A stretch of 62,956 bases of DNA, filler included, from Rhabdomonas costata (GCA_019059605.1; 49 parts of 49 records of this genome joined end to end with filler, not necessarily neighbours in it); one strand, 5' to 3'. Shown: positions 23,396-37,042, numbered from the whole stretch's first letter. Program-made: numbers and translations. The notes: generated from the sequence alone by a model not told the origin.

Positions 23396-25076
23396 TGGGG
23401 GGGGGCTCCCTCTCTCTGTGGATCACAAGCAAGATAACGATCTCGCGCCGCCACGCAGGACCTCGCTCACACGCATGCCCAACCCAATGAGTAGGCAGAA
23501 ACCCACCCCCTGCTCGCGCTCCCACACGCAGGCTCCCTCTCTATGGAACAAAAAAACAAGAGGGCGGGAAAAAAGAAAAACGAATGACACTATTCAAAAA
23601 CTGTTGAAAAATGCCACACACACACACACACACACACAAAGCCGCAAACTCAGGCACCAACACCTCGTGCACAAACACATGTTTAGGACTTAACTTTGCT
23701 GGTCACAGGTGTCCAGGCTTGTGAGTATTTACCTCTCTCCTCAGCAAGCTAACAAGCGGAAGGGAAATTCAAGCACATTTTTCGGGGGGTTGCAAAAAAT
23801 GGTTACACTCAGTAGAGCGGGCAACAACAATAAACCAATTGTTGCGCATTCGCAGAGTTGATTGGCATCAAATGCAGATTTTAATTAAGCGTTCGCATCT
23901 ACTTCCGGTCCAAAAGGCGTGGTACACCTCGATGTAAAAAGTAAAAGATCTGGATCCCCCATCTTCATATCTGCTTCCAAATGTGCACGCGCACGCACGC
24001 ATGCACACAGCATCCCGCTCCGTATCTTAAACGTCTTCATCACACCCCGGCGCCACCGCAACGTTGAAAGAGTAAGTCAACGAAGAAAGACACGCACTGG
24101 TGCCACGCTTAAAAGCGCGACCGAAGTGATAGGCGGTAGTCCGGTGGTCCAGCACATGCAGGGAGCCATAGACGAACTTCATTTTGGCGTCCACGTGCGA
24201 GCCAAAAGAAGATGGTGGTACGGCGGTTCCACCAAAAAGAAAGGCACCCACCGCGCCGAAAAGACTCCCAACCACAGTCCACCACAGCCATGACTCTGGA
24301 GTAGCACAGAAGGAGGGGATGTGTGCGCACAAGAGCGGGTGAGCGGATCCCCACACNNNNNNNNNNNNNNNNNNNNNNNNNNNNNNNNNNNNNNNNNNNN
24401 TTAATTAATTAANNNNNNNNNNNNNNNNNNNNNNNNNNNNNNNNNNNNNNNNNNNNGAGGGCGTTTGTGTTTGTGGTGGTTCTGGTGAATCTAGCGAGGA
24501 TCGATTTTTTCGGGGGCTGTCCCCTCACCCAGGTGCCTCGTCTCCGTTTTTTAGAGAGTTGCCGCGCTGCGACAGCGCTGCAGAGTATACGACAGACGAA
24601 CAGTGCTGGAAGAAGGATGGAGCTGCCAGTGGATGCAGAGCAGCGAACAAAACGATTCGGCCAACAATGGTACGCTGTCAAACGTTTTGGGACTCTGTGA
24701 GTGGATTGGGTAAATTGGGACTATTATTTTACGGGCAGTGATCAGCCCACAGCGCGACCAAAGTGGGCAAATGACTGATTTGACTTTGATGCTCTTTGTT
24801 TTTTAGCCGTGTTAAACGTTGAATGCCGGTCAACATTAAATATGATTTTGATGATTTAGTATGAAGTTAATTTCAGAACGGTGTTATTTAAAAGTGAGAC
24901 AGTACCCGCTACATGACGTTTTTGATTTTTCAATTGGTAACGGTGTGAAATGTTTTGTATCCCCCCGCCCCCCGAAAAATACAACTGCCCCACTTTGCGG
25001 TCGTCGTTGGTATGCCATGGTTGGTGTGATGGTATGTGAGTGAGGGTATGTGTGATGCGGGGGGGGGGCTTGCCAG

Positions 25077-25328
25077 GTTCAATCACCCGTCGTACGCGGG
25101 CCACCGAGACTTCCCGGAGTGGAGCCGGTTCTGGTGGTCGGACTACCGCCGTGGGTGGGGCTACCGCAGCGCCGTGGCGTATGACATGTGTGAGGACCTC
25201 CTGGGAGAGGTGGTGCGGGAGGGGGATCCGGGCTTGGACCACCACTTCGTGCCATGGTGCTGCGTCCCGGAGTACGACGTGTATGGGCAGTATACCAACT
25301 TCGTCGGGCCATACTCTATGCGCCGCAG
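25077..25328 (+). CDS. Putative internal exon, unknown aromatic-rich protein
   Basis: GCCAG acceptor, high-GC3 open frame FNHPSYAGHRDFPEWSRFWWSDYRRGWGY...GPYSMRR, GTACGG donor. Confidence 0.6.
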
Positions 25329-25491
25329 GTACGGGTTTGAGAAAACTGGTGAAGTCTGGCGGGTCGACCTAAAGGGGAAGCAAGCACTACCAACGCCGAT
25401 ATGGCACCTTCCTTAGGCAAGTGGGATGTTTGCCCGTTTCACCTCAAAACGGAGAGGTGGGAAAACGTTTTGAAGAAATTTCGGACTGACG

Positions 25492-25643
25492 GAAGTTTGG
25501 AGAACTTCGTTCTTCAGCCATGTTGTCTGAATGTAATGCTATTTTTAGTGAATTAGGGTACTAGTGAGTTTCTGTACCGTTTTCCACTAAAAATAGCATT
25601 ACATTCAGACAACATGGCTGAAGAACGAAGTTCCCCAAACTTC
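25492..25643. repeat. Inverted repeat (59-bp arms, 25492-25550 and 25585-25643) at a contig end
   Basis: Reverse-complement arms with one mismatch. Confidence 0.9.
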
Positions 25644-27433
25644 NNNNNNNNNNNNNNNNNNNNNNNNNNNNNNNNNNNNNNNNNNNNTTAATTAATTAAN
25701 NNNNNNNNNNNNNNNNNNNNNNNNNNNNNNNNNNNNNNNNNNNGTTGTGGTGGATGTACTTCGTTGAAATTAACTTTTCCAAGCTTCCAGATTCCTTTTT
25801 TAAATCAGGTACGTGAGTGTCTCGCACCGCGAGGTGGATACAAATAATTTCGCAGAGCCCCCACAAACGTTTCATTTGCCTCATTCAATGGACACCCGCT
25901 TTTTCGTGTATTTTTGGACTGTATACAAGGGATAATTTTGTGGTCCTGCCACCTCTCTTGCTGGAGAAAATCCGTAATAAGAAAACACGACTGAGGTGGG
26001 AGAGACGCCACCGCAGTGCAGCCCATCGGTTACCCACGTGGATGATGTGCTTTTGGGGAGGCCATCGTCTCGAGGGAAGGGAAACTATCCACAAAGGAGC
26101 ACAGTATTCAGCAACACACATCTTTCTCAAAAATCACATGGAACCAAGAAACACTCCGCAGTGGAGGTCCCTGGAAAAAGGAGTCACCTACAAGGAGGAG
26201 TTCGAAAGCGATCTCAGGGCAGACAACACGCTTCAAATAAGGTACGGCAACATCATTTGGCGAGTGAGTCAGCACAAGAAGGAGAGTGACGCAGTTGTTT
26301 TGCAACAGAGCCCGCCAAAGTGATAAACGAAAAGGAGGAGGACAAACGAACAGGTGCTCTCTCCCCCTCCCGTGTGGCGTGCGACCACAGGGAAGAGCGC
26401 GTTCCTATTTTGTCGAGTGACAGCTCTCGACAAAAAGAACGGTAATCACCAAAAATTCAAAGCCAACGCATGCGACAGATGCAAAAAAAAAACTGTATAA
26501 TGGGGAGGACAGGAGGACACTCACGTGTCTCAGAAGCCACGCCAGTGGTATCTTCTATCAGCGCAAGCACAACCAGAGCAAAGACAACCTGAACCAGGAG
26601 CGACAGCGGCATTTTGCACCACTGAAGTCGCTGCTGTGTTAACACCACAAAACGACGACGGTTGACACCCTGAGCGCTTCAACATTGTGGAAGAGGGCCT
26701 CATCTCAGCAGGATGAAACCGAGAGGGGCCTGCTGGCCGCATCCTGCTCGCGGCTGCTCGTCTCTGGCCCCAAGCTGTCGATCACCTCCCCCTCCCCGAC
26801 CACATCCACTGTGGGGCAGCTCTCGCCGAGCATTTCCGAGACGCTGGGCGAGACCTCAATCACGACCGTGGGGAGCTTGCTGGGGGTCTGCCCCCTGGGG
26901 GGCCCCGGCCACCGGATAAGCCCACCAACACNNNNNNNNNNNNNNNNNNNNNNNNNNNNNNNNNNNNNNNNNNNNTTAATTAATTAANNNNNNNNNNNNN
27001 NNNNNNNNNNNNNNNNNNNNNNNNNNNNNNNGGGTGTGTGGGTTTGAATCAGCAGTCGATTGAAGCGTTCGAAGCCCATGCTCTGGTGCACGGTACTTGA
27101 GCGGTGAGGAGTCCGGTGGATGTCCTGATTGCCCGGTGCCACGTATGCCTTCGCCAACGAGGCGGTTGTCTCAACCGCATGCCATCTCATGCGCGACAGG
27201 AAACCCCCAGTAGATTCTTTCCTGGTCTCGTACTATTTCTGGTCCCGTGCCCCTTCACTCTTGCCCACCCCAGGGTTAGCAAAGAGTGCAGAGTGCAGAT
27301 TGAACTCAAAACACAAGGCAGAATTACTTGGGACACCCTGAGCTGTGCAATTCGCTTCTTTTTCTTCTTTTTCTTCTTGTTCTTCATCTTTTCTTTTCTT
27401 TTTTTGTTTTTTTTTGCTTTTTTTGTGCCCCAG

Positions 27434-27933
27434 AAGAACTGAACCAGAATGGATTGGCCATTGTCATTCGCTGCCCCGTCCCCAGCTGCCGCAAGCCTCT
27501 GAGCTACGACGACGTCCGCCGCGCTGCCTCCGCCGTGGACTTCGAGCGGTCAGCTCTCTTTTCTCCTCCAATATGCTTGTCGTTCGTGCTGATCCCTCTC
27601 CCCCATAGACTTGTGCCTTACCCAAAAATGCCTTTCGGTCGACTTGCATGGCCGTTGCGAGGTTGATACCACAAGGTGATGGTTTGGTCGTGCCCCACAG
27701 GACAGCTTGGGGCGCCCCCTCCCCAGCTCCGTCTGCTTGTGCGCGGGTGGGTGGTTTGCAGCTATGACCGGCTGACGTTGAACCGCTTCCTGCAGGTCCA
27801 GCCGGAGTTCCAGTGGTGCATGGCAAGCACCACCTGTGGCTCTGGCCAGTTGCATGAGGGAGGCTTGCACGCGCCCATGATGATCTGCCACCGGTGCAAG
27901 GGCAAGACCTGCATTGCCCACAACGTACCCTGG
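27434..27933 (+). CDS. RBR-type E3 ubiquitin ligase (end of RING1 plus IBR); exons 27434-27548 and 27762-about 27930
   Basis: Spliced IRCPVPSCRKPLSYDDVRRAASAVDFER|YDRLTLNRFLQVQPEFQWCMASTTCGSGQLHEGG...ICHRCKGKTCIAHNVPW. The phase-2 GT-AG intron rebuilds the Arg codon. Confidence 0.85.
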
Positions 27934-29795
27934 AATGACTTCCCACCATTTTCTTTCGCACGCACGAGTTTGCGGGGGAGGGGGGAGCAGTAATAGGGGA
28001 GCACGGGTGCAGGGCCTGACAAGTCACCAGAACGGGACCGGCTGATACCCATGTCATGCCGGAGATTACCCCTCGTTGCAGCCTCAAGGGGGCAGCGGGG
28101 CCAGACCAGAGTGAGACAGACACAGTAAACAAGCGAGCGCCCCAATCTCTGGATGAATGAGGACCTGACTTGAAAGGTACGGAACCGTAACCACCGCAAA
28201 GGAACTGAACAACCAACNNNNNNNNNNNNNNNNNNNNNNNNNNNNNNNNNNNNNNNNNNNNTTAATTAATTAANNNNNNNNNNNNNNNNNNNNNNNNNNN
28301 NNNNNNNNNNNNNNNNNGTGTGGGGGGGTCACCGAATCATGCATTTTTCTCAGGCCCTCCACAAGAGGACCACGGTTAGGTGAGTCCTTCGGCCGCACTC
28401 CTCTCAAACCAGGTCGAGAAATGCGGCGCTGAATTGAACGTACGACTCGATAAGAACACAGCGCCTGGTGCACAATTACCGTTTTGGCGCCCAGTGCGCT
28501 CACACTGGTCGGGGTTCGAGACCGGGTGAAGGGAACCGGGGAGCGGCGCTTGAACGCCGTGAAAGCAGTCGCAGCCTGGCTACCGGGCCGCCTGTAGATG
28601 ACAGGTCATCAGTTCACGGCTCGGAGTATATTCAATGAGGGAGAATTATCTAAATCTCAAGGGGTGAGGGGAGACATTCGAAACTATTACGTTTATGTGA
28701 CCATCAATGGAATGGAAGTCTTTTTTTTCAGTAATCCTCCTCAAGCCTCTTCATATCTGTACGTCAACATGCAAACGGCATTTTGGAAAGCAGAGCGTGG
28801 GGAGGAAAGTGCCTGTTTTTTTTTGCCGCTCAGCTTTAGGTTCTTGACCAGTTTTTCTTCTACATAAACGAAAGACTCCTGTTATGTCAATAGGTAAAAC
28901 AATTCGAAAGCAGAAGCAAGGGAGCAGTGTCATGAACATTTAGAGATACATACAGAGACCGGCATCCAAGGGAAGTATTTCCTGCGATGTCACGACAATC
29001 CGGGTCCGGCGTACGTGTGCCCCGGGAACGAGAAGCAGGCATGCACAAAAAAGGCCCTCAATGAAGGGCAACAAGCATTCTGCGGTGATGAAGGATCACA
29101 AACAAAACAAACAAAAGATGCGAGCATAGACACGAGTAACAAGCGACGGTGTCATACTTAACGGTGGGGAGCACCGTTAATCATCATTGGCACTGGGGCA
29201 CTGCCATCACCCATGCCAAAGCAAGGCCAGAACAAATAAAGCCGACATGACCAGAGCAATGGTATGCAGCACGCCGACTACAAAGTTTAGAGCTAAGTAC
29301 ATGACGCTGTCCTCAATGCAACATTCCCCGGTGCAGCTCACTTAACCCCACGCGACTACTCACCCCCAGGTTACAAAAGCCACAAAAACCGAACTTCCTG
29401 CTCCGCTTCTGTTCATGGCAACGCCCATGAGATATTACAGGCGATTCTTTTCCTTGAGGGGAACACCAAATCGTGAACAAACCCAGGAGTAGTCCCCACA
29501 AACCNNNNNNNNNNNNNNNNNNNNNNNNNNNNNNNNNNNNNNNNNNNNTTAATTAATTAANNNNNNNNNNNNNNNNNNNNNNNNNNNNNNNNNNNNNNNN
29601 NNNNTTGTGTTTTGTCTTCGCTAGTCTTCCCGGACTCAGTTCTGGCGTGTTTTGGGACCCAGATGAGGTGAGTTGAAGACCCGCTGTCATGAGATGCATT
29701 CCCGGCCTTGATGCCACTCCTGCTGCTCTTTTTTATTCGACCTTTTGTTGTGCCAGACTTTCCCGAGCGCTTTGTCATGCTTTCTTCTCAATCAG

Positions 29796-30452
29796 CCTTA
29801 TCGGCCCTGTGGTGCTGGTGGGGGTGTACGTGGGCCAGCTGCTGTTTGTGCGGCAGAGGCTGCACGCAGAGACCCGGCGGATGCACCTGGCGCATGCCAA
29901 GCAGCTGGCGGACAACCTGCTTGCGTCGGAGATCGCGAAGCGCGTCGCAGTACGCCTGAGTGCCCGTGTGTGTGTGTGTATGGTTGGGCTCTCTTCTATG
30001 CAGGCTGCTATTTGCGGATTGCCTGTTCAGGTGGTTGTTTTTTTCGTCTCCGCAAAATGACAGTCGTGCTCAAATGTGTGAGTGTGTGTGTCTGTGCTTG
30101 TGTTTGCTTTGTTTTTGGGAAGACCAGAGATGCTTGCGTTGCGCGTGTTTTGCATCCAGACACCAGGCCCGCAAAAGTACGCCTGAGTGCTCGTGTGTCT
30201 GTGTGTGCTTGTTGGGGTACTTAGTTTGCGTTTAGGTGATCTGCAGCCCCGCTGCATGACCTGCGTTCACTTCAATTCTTCGAACCCCATTATCACGATG
30301 CCTTGCCCCCGAATTTTACGGCCGTATGCCTTGTCGCTTTTGTGCTCTGCTTCTTCCTCGTTCACTCACCCGTGCTTCCCCAGGTGATGAATCTGGACGA
30401 CATCGAGAAGCTGTTTCATAACGAGGCCTCTCCGCTTGTCGGAGTCCTTCAG
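29796..30452 (+). CDS. Two exons (29796-29949, 30384-30452) of a membrane protein, possibly a class III nucleotide cyclase juxtamembrane region
   Basis: Hydrophobic helix LIGPVVLVGVYVGQLLFV, then a helical linker ...ASEIAKRVA|VMNLDDIEKLFHNEASPLVGVLQ with a frame-compatible GT-AG intron. The cyclase label is inference only. Confidence 0.5.
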
Positions 30453-30891
30453 GTCCGGTTGCCACACAGCCTCTTTTGGGCAGTTGTCGTCGGACTGCAA
30501 ATCAACGACATGTGTGTGTGTGTGTTCGCGCTAAGCTATCATTTTTGACGTTCTAATTCAGCTCAGTGAAGCGATTTGGTGATACGAAATTATCGAATCG
30601 TTCGTTTTAGTGCGTTTCACTTGTGCGGTTGTGGTGTTGTTGTGAGGTAGGGTTGTTTTTTCTTGTTGCGAGTATCGCGCAGTTCAGTTGGTTTGGAGTT
30701 GTCGCCTGTGTTTATGCGGCTTCCTGGTTTCGGTTTTAGGTTCACTTCTCTGCCACCTTCGTTGCCTCTAATTACTCCTTCAAACCCACACNNNNNNNNN
30801 NNNNNNNNNNNNNNNNNNNNNNNNNNNNNNNNNNNTTAATTAATTAANNNNNNNNNNNNNNNNNNNNNNNNNNNNNNNNNNNNNNNNNNNN

Positions 30892-32078
30892 GGGGGGGTG
30901 TGGAGCTACAGAAGCAGCTTAAGAGTTTGCAAGAGCTAGGGTTCATTGAGCCAGCCACGTCTCCGTACGGTGCGGGAGTGCTGTTCGTATCGAAGGCGAA
31001 TTGGAAGTTGAGGTTGTGTGTTGATTTTAGTCCGCTGAATGCAATCACAATCGTAGATTTGTATCCATTACCTCGCATTGATGAAATGATTGATTACGCT
31101 GGTAAGGCTAAGTTGTTTTCGAAGCTGGATTTGCATGCAGGTTTTCATCAGATTCGTATTCATCCTGAGCATGTGGAGCGGACAGCATTTAAGACGAAGT
31201 ACGGCACGTTTCAGTTTTTGTGTGCCGTTTGGGTTGTGGAATGCGCCAGCCACGTTCCAGAGGACGATAGACTTCATTCTGGAGGATCTGAGAGACACAA
31301 ATGGAGCATATGTGGATGACATCTTGGTGCACACGGACACCATGGTGCAGAATGTTGAAGCGTTGAGAGTGTTGTATAGTAGATTGCGGAAGGAGAAGCT
31401 GTTTGCTAATCCAGAGAAGTGTGTGTTTGGTCATCCAGAAGTGGAGTATTGTGGGTTCATTGTGGGGAGAGATGGAATAAGGTCACAGACGAGGAAGTTG
31501 ATGGCGATTTACAAATGGCTAACGTTGAGGAACCCAGTGGATGTGCAGAGCTTTCTTGGTCTTTGTGGGTTCTACCAAAGGTTCGTTCCAGATTATGCCA
31601 CAGTTGCAGCTCCATTGACAGATTTGATGAAGAAGAAAGTGGAATGGCATTGGGAAGAAGATCAGGAGAGAGCGTTTTAAGAGCTGAAGTTGAGGTTATT
31701 GAAGCACTCGGTGCTAGTACCCACAGACTTTCGCAAGCCTATGGTGTTGCATACGGATGCGTCCGAGGTTGGCATTGGAGCGACATTATCTCAAGGGGTA
31801 GATGACGGGAAGATGCATCTCGTACCTTGCAGGTCAAAAAAGTTGACAGGTTCAGAAAATAACTACCCTGTGCACGAGAAGGAGATGGTGGCGTTGGTCG
31901 ACACTTTGGAGGAGTGGAGACATTATCTTCTTGGATCTGAGGTGAGAGTTAACACTGACAATTCAGCGTTGACCTACCTGCAGAGAAATCCGAGACCTTC
32001 GCCGAGGCAGGTAAGGTGGTTGGAAAAGTTACAACGCTACACTTTGAAGATCATGAATGTGCAAGGAAGGCTGAATGT
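30892..32078 (+). mobile_element. Ty3/gypsy LTR retrotransposon pol fragment (RT plus RNase H); pseudogenised
   Basis: LRLCVDFSPLN, YPLPRIDE, FSKLDLHAGFHQIRI, PFGLWNAPATFQR, YVDDILV, LHTDAS, NYPVHEKEM. Frameshift near 31220 and in-frame TAA at 31678-31680. Confidence 0.97.
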
Positions 32079-33963
32079 NNNNNNNNNNNNNNNNNNNNNN
32101 NNNNNNNNNNNNNNNNNNNNNNTTAATTAATTAANNNNNNNNNNNNNNNNNNNNNNNNNNNNNNNNNNNNNNNNNNNNGTTAATCGTCTGTGGTCTGGGG
32201 GTTTGTTTTGCGGCAGAGAGTTGCAGCAAGGAAACGATGGGTGTATTTGAGCCACGGAGAGGGGAGGCTGGGTTCTTGAGCGAAGCAAGTAAAGCAAACG
32301 TGTCCATAATTTTGGCAGATACTGCCTTCATCCCATGGCTGGAATTTGTTGGGGACCCAGACACGCACATCCGAGGTCGGTGTGTGTCAGAATCCCATTG
32401 TAATTCTATTGTCCGGGCACAAGTTGAGGGCTAGATGAGGGCCCCGGGAGTACCCCCCCCCCTATTCAGCCTATGGGCTATATAGGCCTGATAGGCCCAA
32501 TGGGCCGGCTGGACCATTGTACCATTGTACACCAGGTACCTCTAAACCCGGAATTCCGGAACTCCTCAGGGCCCTTGGCCCAGCTATCGAAGAGACCCCC
32601 ACACAAATGGGGGCTGAACAACGGTACTGATGTGGGACCGTTGCATACTAGGCTAAATAGGGCCACTTGCGGGACAACACTACATAGGGCGCTCAGAGGC
32701 CCATACCTTGTTGACCGCCTTTGGTTGTCAGGGGTATAGGGGTATGACGGTATAAAGTGAATATCTTCCGGGACGCGGGCGCTTGTGTGTTGGGGGTTCC
32801 CCTCGGGGCTCGATTCCTCTAGGGGCGGGTACGGAAATCCCCAGCGTCTACCTGTTTGCACTAACTGACAAGTCAATTTATATTGTATTTGTACCTGGGC
32901 ATCAAACATTTCGAAAAGAACCGCATTTCAGCTCTCCGCGCTATTGGTGCATTGCTTCAGCACCCCTTACAATGCGGCACTGCGTGTCATACGCTGCGTT
33001 TATGAACCGTGTACTCTGCGCGAACGCGGAGTTTGAGCTGCTGGGGAGTGAAGTTGACTTTTGGAACTCAAGTATCTTAGCAGGAATCAAGCCAGGCAGA
33101 GCGAAATGTGTGGAGGGAACGGGTTTTTTGTCCTGTCCTCATACGATCACGCAGATGTTCTTTACTGATTGAAAAATTGCTGTAATTCGGTTGTGTTCCA
33201 CAGAGAGAGGGGTGGTCACATGCAGTGGTAATGGAGTCGGCTGTTGACACCTCCCTGGACTCCGGGGATGGGGACGTTGCTTGGGATAAGGACGGACTTG
33301 AAGGTGAACGTGTAGTGAAAGTCTTCCCCCCCCCCCTTTTGCAGGGAGGTGTCAACACCCAACACNNNNNNNNNNNNNNNNNNNNNNNNNNNNNNNNNNN
33401 NNNNNNNNNTTAATTAATTAANNNNNNNNNNNNNNNNNNNNNNNNNNNNNNNNNNNNNNNNNNNNGGGTGTTGGGGTGTGTACAGTCCTTTTTTCTTCAC
33501 AGTTTTCCGGGATGGATTTGCGCGGACGCCTTAAACGAGTCAGGGTGCATTGGGGTGATAAAGCAGTTCACTTTTTCTAGTTTATTGGAAAAGGAGTAAC
33601 GAAGTCACCACAGAAAAGGCGGTGCGACGTTTCGTCTTTGCGACGGTGTTTCTTGTCAGTCTGGACCCGGGGGTGGCATCCTGGATTTTGGCGCGTGCCT
33701 TAGCACTGTGGGAGCATTTATGCACTTGTGCCCACTCCAACTTGCTTAGAGCACAACGGCGAAGGAAAAGGCTCCTTTTGCTTCGGCGCGAATGATGACC
33801 TTCTAAATTATGGTTGAAGAGTGCTGCAAACACCCCCTGCCCATCGTTGTGCGCTGACACTGAAAATGCGGCAGAAGGTATTCGACCTTGTTGTGTGGTT
33901 GTGTGGTCGTTTGGTTCCACGACAATGTGGTGCCGCATGCCTGTCCGTGACATTTGTGCACAG

Positions 33964-34648
33964 CGCCAACCTGTGCGAGTCAGACTGTGGCGTGCGGTAC
34001 GGGCACGGTGGCTGTCGGCAGCCCCGCCAGCACTCTCTGCGCGACCCACACCTGCAACTCCACGGACTGCTGCGTGCGCCGTGCGTCCCCTTCCGACTCT
34101 CCTTACTTCACTGTCTCACTCTTTGATGCGGCAAACTTCTTCTGACCCGTAACCGCGCCCTCGTTTTATGCAATCGGCAAAAAAGCTTAACGTTAAAGCG
34201 TTGCTTCGCGTGTAAGGGCGTGAAGAACTGCGCTGGATTGTTGAATGCTTTCGTTACCAACTCTCTTTCTCTCTCTTTTTTTTCTCTGAAAAAACAAGTT
34301 TGGTGTCACACGTTCTGTGGATTTGCCCACGTGTCCACCATTCTGTGTTGTTGGGTGGCCGAGGGTTGTTTGATTTCTGCTGCCACATTGGGCGAGAGTA
34401 TTCTCTGAATGGGTTTCTGCAAAGACTGTTGGGGGACTGTGTTGGGCTTAGCCAGCTTCGCCTTCTGCTGAGTGCGTACGTTCTGTGCCATTTGAATTCC
34501 TGTGTCGGTGTGTGTGTTCCGTTTGCTGAAACAATTGCAGAGCCCACGTGTGCGGAGCAGCCCAACGTGAGGTGCAACGGCAGCCTGCCCACTCCCAAAG
34601 CAAACTTGAGTACCATCTTCTGTGCTGCCGCGGTGTGCCAGCAGGAAG
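33964..34648 (+). CDS. Cys-rich repeat surface protein; exons 33964-34080 and 34541-34648 (truncated)
   Basis: PTCASQTVACGTGTVAVGSPASTLCATHTCNSTDCC and PTCAEQPNVRCNGSLPTPKANLSTIFCAAAVCQQE. Both exons start in phase 1. Confidence 0.75.
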
Positions 34649-37042
34649 NNNNNNNNNNNNNNNNNNNNNNNNNNNNNNNNNNNNNNNNNNNNTTAATTAA
34701 TTAANNNNNNNNNNNNNNNNNNNNNNNNNNNNNNNNNNNNNNNNNNNNGTTGGTGGGGACCGCGCAGCGTTACCCCAAACTTTGGCCGTGCAGGGTAATT
34801 AATGGGGTATGGTATGGAGGATGATTTTCGGCCAAAGTTTAATTGCGCCTGTGACATTGCTCAAGAGATTAGCCGACAGTTTGGAGGACACCTCCATCCT
34901 CACTAAAAACGGTTAGGCGGGACTGAAGGCCATATCCAACAAGGAAGTAGAACACTAGAGGGTGCGGATGCGGATGTTCTTTGGTGGTCAGGTGCTCCCT
35001 TGGACTTAAGAGACAGTTTGTGCGGCGTTTTCTTACCGGAGTCTCCTCCTCGAAGTGAATAGGCATCCCACTCAAACTATTAGTCACCAAATCGTACGCC
35101 CAAACGCACAAAACAGATGCAGCGGAGTGGTTTAGCATCTAAATTCTCACAATTCTATGAGCAAGAAGTGGCTTTTCTAAAGACCAAAATGTTACTCTTT
35201 CAAAACATGGCTGCAGTTTCTTAACAGAGCAGCTGAAATGATGCGCTCATCTCCTGCCATTACTAAGTACATGACAGCCATTATATAAAACGTAGTGTGC
35301 GGCATGCATAAGTGTTCATAAGTGTATCTAATTGTTCATAGTTAGTTATCAATTGGTGCAAAATACGCACTTCCTGACCCGTTAGCCGGCGGTGATTACG
35401 ATCGTACGTCTTCAGAACCAGTTTCAAAAAGAGTTGTGCTTGTTGTAATAATAAATATGACTGCCTGACATCAGGAAACACAATGTAAATAGCATCAAAG
35501 ATCGAAAGGTAAAAATCCTCCCATTTGTATTGGTGAGACAACTTTTGGAGGGTATGCGTGCGCAGAGATGCTTGCAGTGTGTTACAATTCCGCGACGTCA
35601 TTTGTTTTTTGCGGCGCAGTTGGTTTTCTATTTTCCATGGAAAAAAGAAAACCAACTGCACCAGTTTTTCTTTTATCCTGGACTGCTAAACCCGCTGTGA
35701 GAGAGCTTAGCATGCGTGCTGAAAGGGGATAGCGTTGCAAGGACATGGCTAGCACCATATGGGTTTCAAACATGCGGAGTTTTATTATAGCAAATCAAAA
35801 TTCCCGAACACCATGCCACGCTTTTCAGGAAAAGGGTTCTGCCAAGGAAACACCGAACAACCCGACACGAGTAAGTACAGTGCAGGAATTTAGCCACGGA
35901 CAAGAGCACCCCCTAACATCCGCATCCCAAAAAAANNNNNNNNNNNNNNNNNNNNNNNNNNNNNNNNNNNNNNNNNNNNTTAATTAATTAANNNNNNNNN
36001 NNNNNNNNNNNNNNNNNNNNNNNNNNNNNNNNNNNTTTTTATGTTCCATCAACTGGATTGTTTGCCATGGTATTGCCACGACCAGATCAAACTTACTTTT
36101 GTTTTCTCACATGCGTGTTCAGTTTTTACCTAACTGATTGTATGACTACTTTCATTCTTATTTCTAACGGAGGGTGGAATCCACTTTGCATGCTTCTATT
36201 CACTTTCAACAGGTTTCAACTGTTTCACAGATTTATTAGTTAGTTTTTTCAATTAATTCAAACAATTTATCGGTGCTCTGTCTCAAATTTGCCGACATTC
36301 AGGCTCTTAAAATCATTTAAACACACAAAAAAAATCATATTTTGCGATTGCGAATGGTTTTTTCAGTGCTTGCAAATCCGAAAGTGTGCGCAATTGCATT
36401 GCATGTGTGGATTTAATGCCCATGGTTCATTTAGAAGAAAGCATTTATTCACTTTTACCAGGAGTTACCAAACGTATTTATTTCAGCCAATTACTTTTCA
36501 CATACGAAAAAACGTTGACGCAAATATCAGTCTTTCGTTGACCGCATATCCATGCTATCTTTCAGCGGTGTTTTGGAAAATTTGTAAATAAACTTTAAAC
36601 ATATTTTTCAACAAATGCACAACTACATTCAACACGCAAACACTATACACTGTATTAATCCACACAACGTCCATCAATCATTTATATTTGCGCGGCAGCC
36701 ATAACTACATTTCAACAATTTCTTACCATAATTGAAGTTTCCGACTACTTTTATCGTGGGAAGAAGTGATGATTAATGTTTCTTAACGTTTTCTTGTGGA
36801 AATAAAAAGGATATTTAAGCTGAAACAGATGTCAATTATCAAAATGAGTCAATTCATTTGTCAGTTGCCATGTTTATCTGGTATTAATTTCCACTCGTTT
36901 CAGCAATAAAAAGACTTGGTGTACGAAAATAGCAATTTGAGAGTTTATTATTCACAAATTGGGTGTTCGTGATCTGGTGCATCGGTGAAGGAGGCTGGTT
37001 GTGGTATGGTCTGGGATCAACACTGATTTGGAAGGAATTGGA

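Noticed and set aside
28485..28540. GGTTCGAGACC B-box-like motif suggesting a tRNA or SINE
   Set aside because: No convincing T-stem, acceptor stem or cloverleaf could be built.
31678..31680. In-frame TAA in gypsy pol as a sign of stop-codon reassignment or readthrough
   Set aside because: The same element has a frameshift, and the dynein-like host exon ends normally at TAA (15689), so decay is the simpler explanation.
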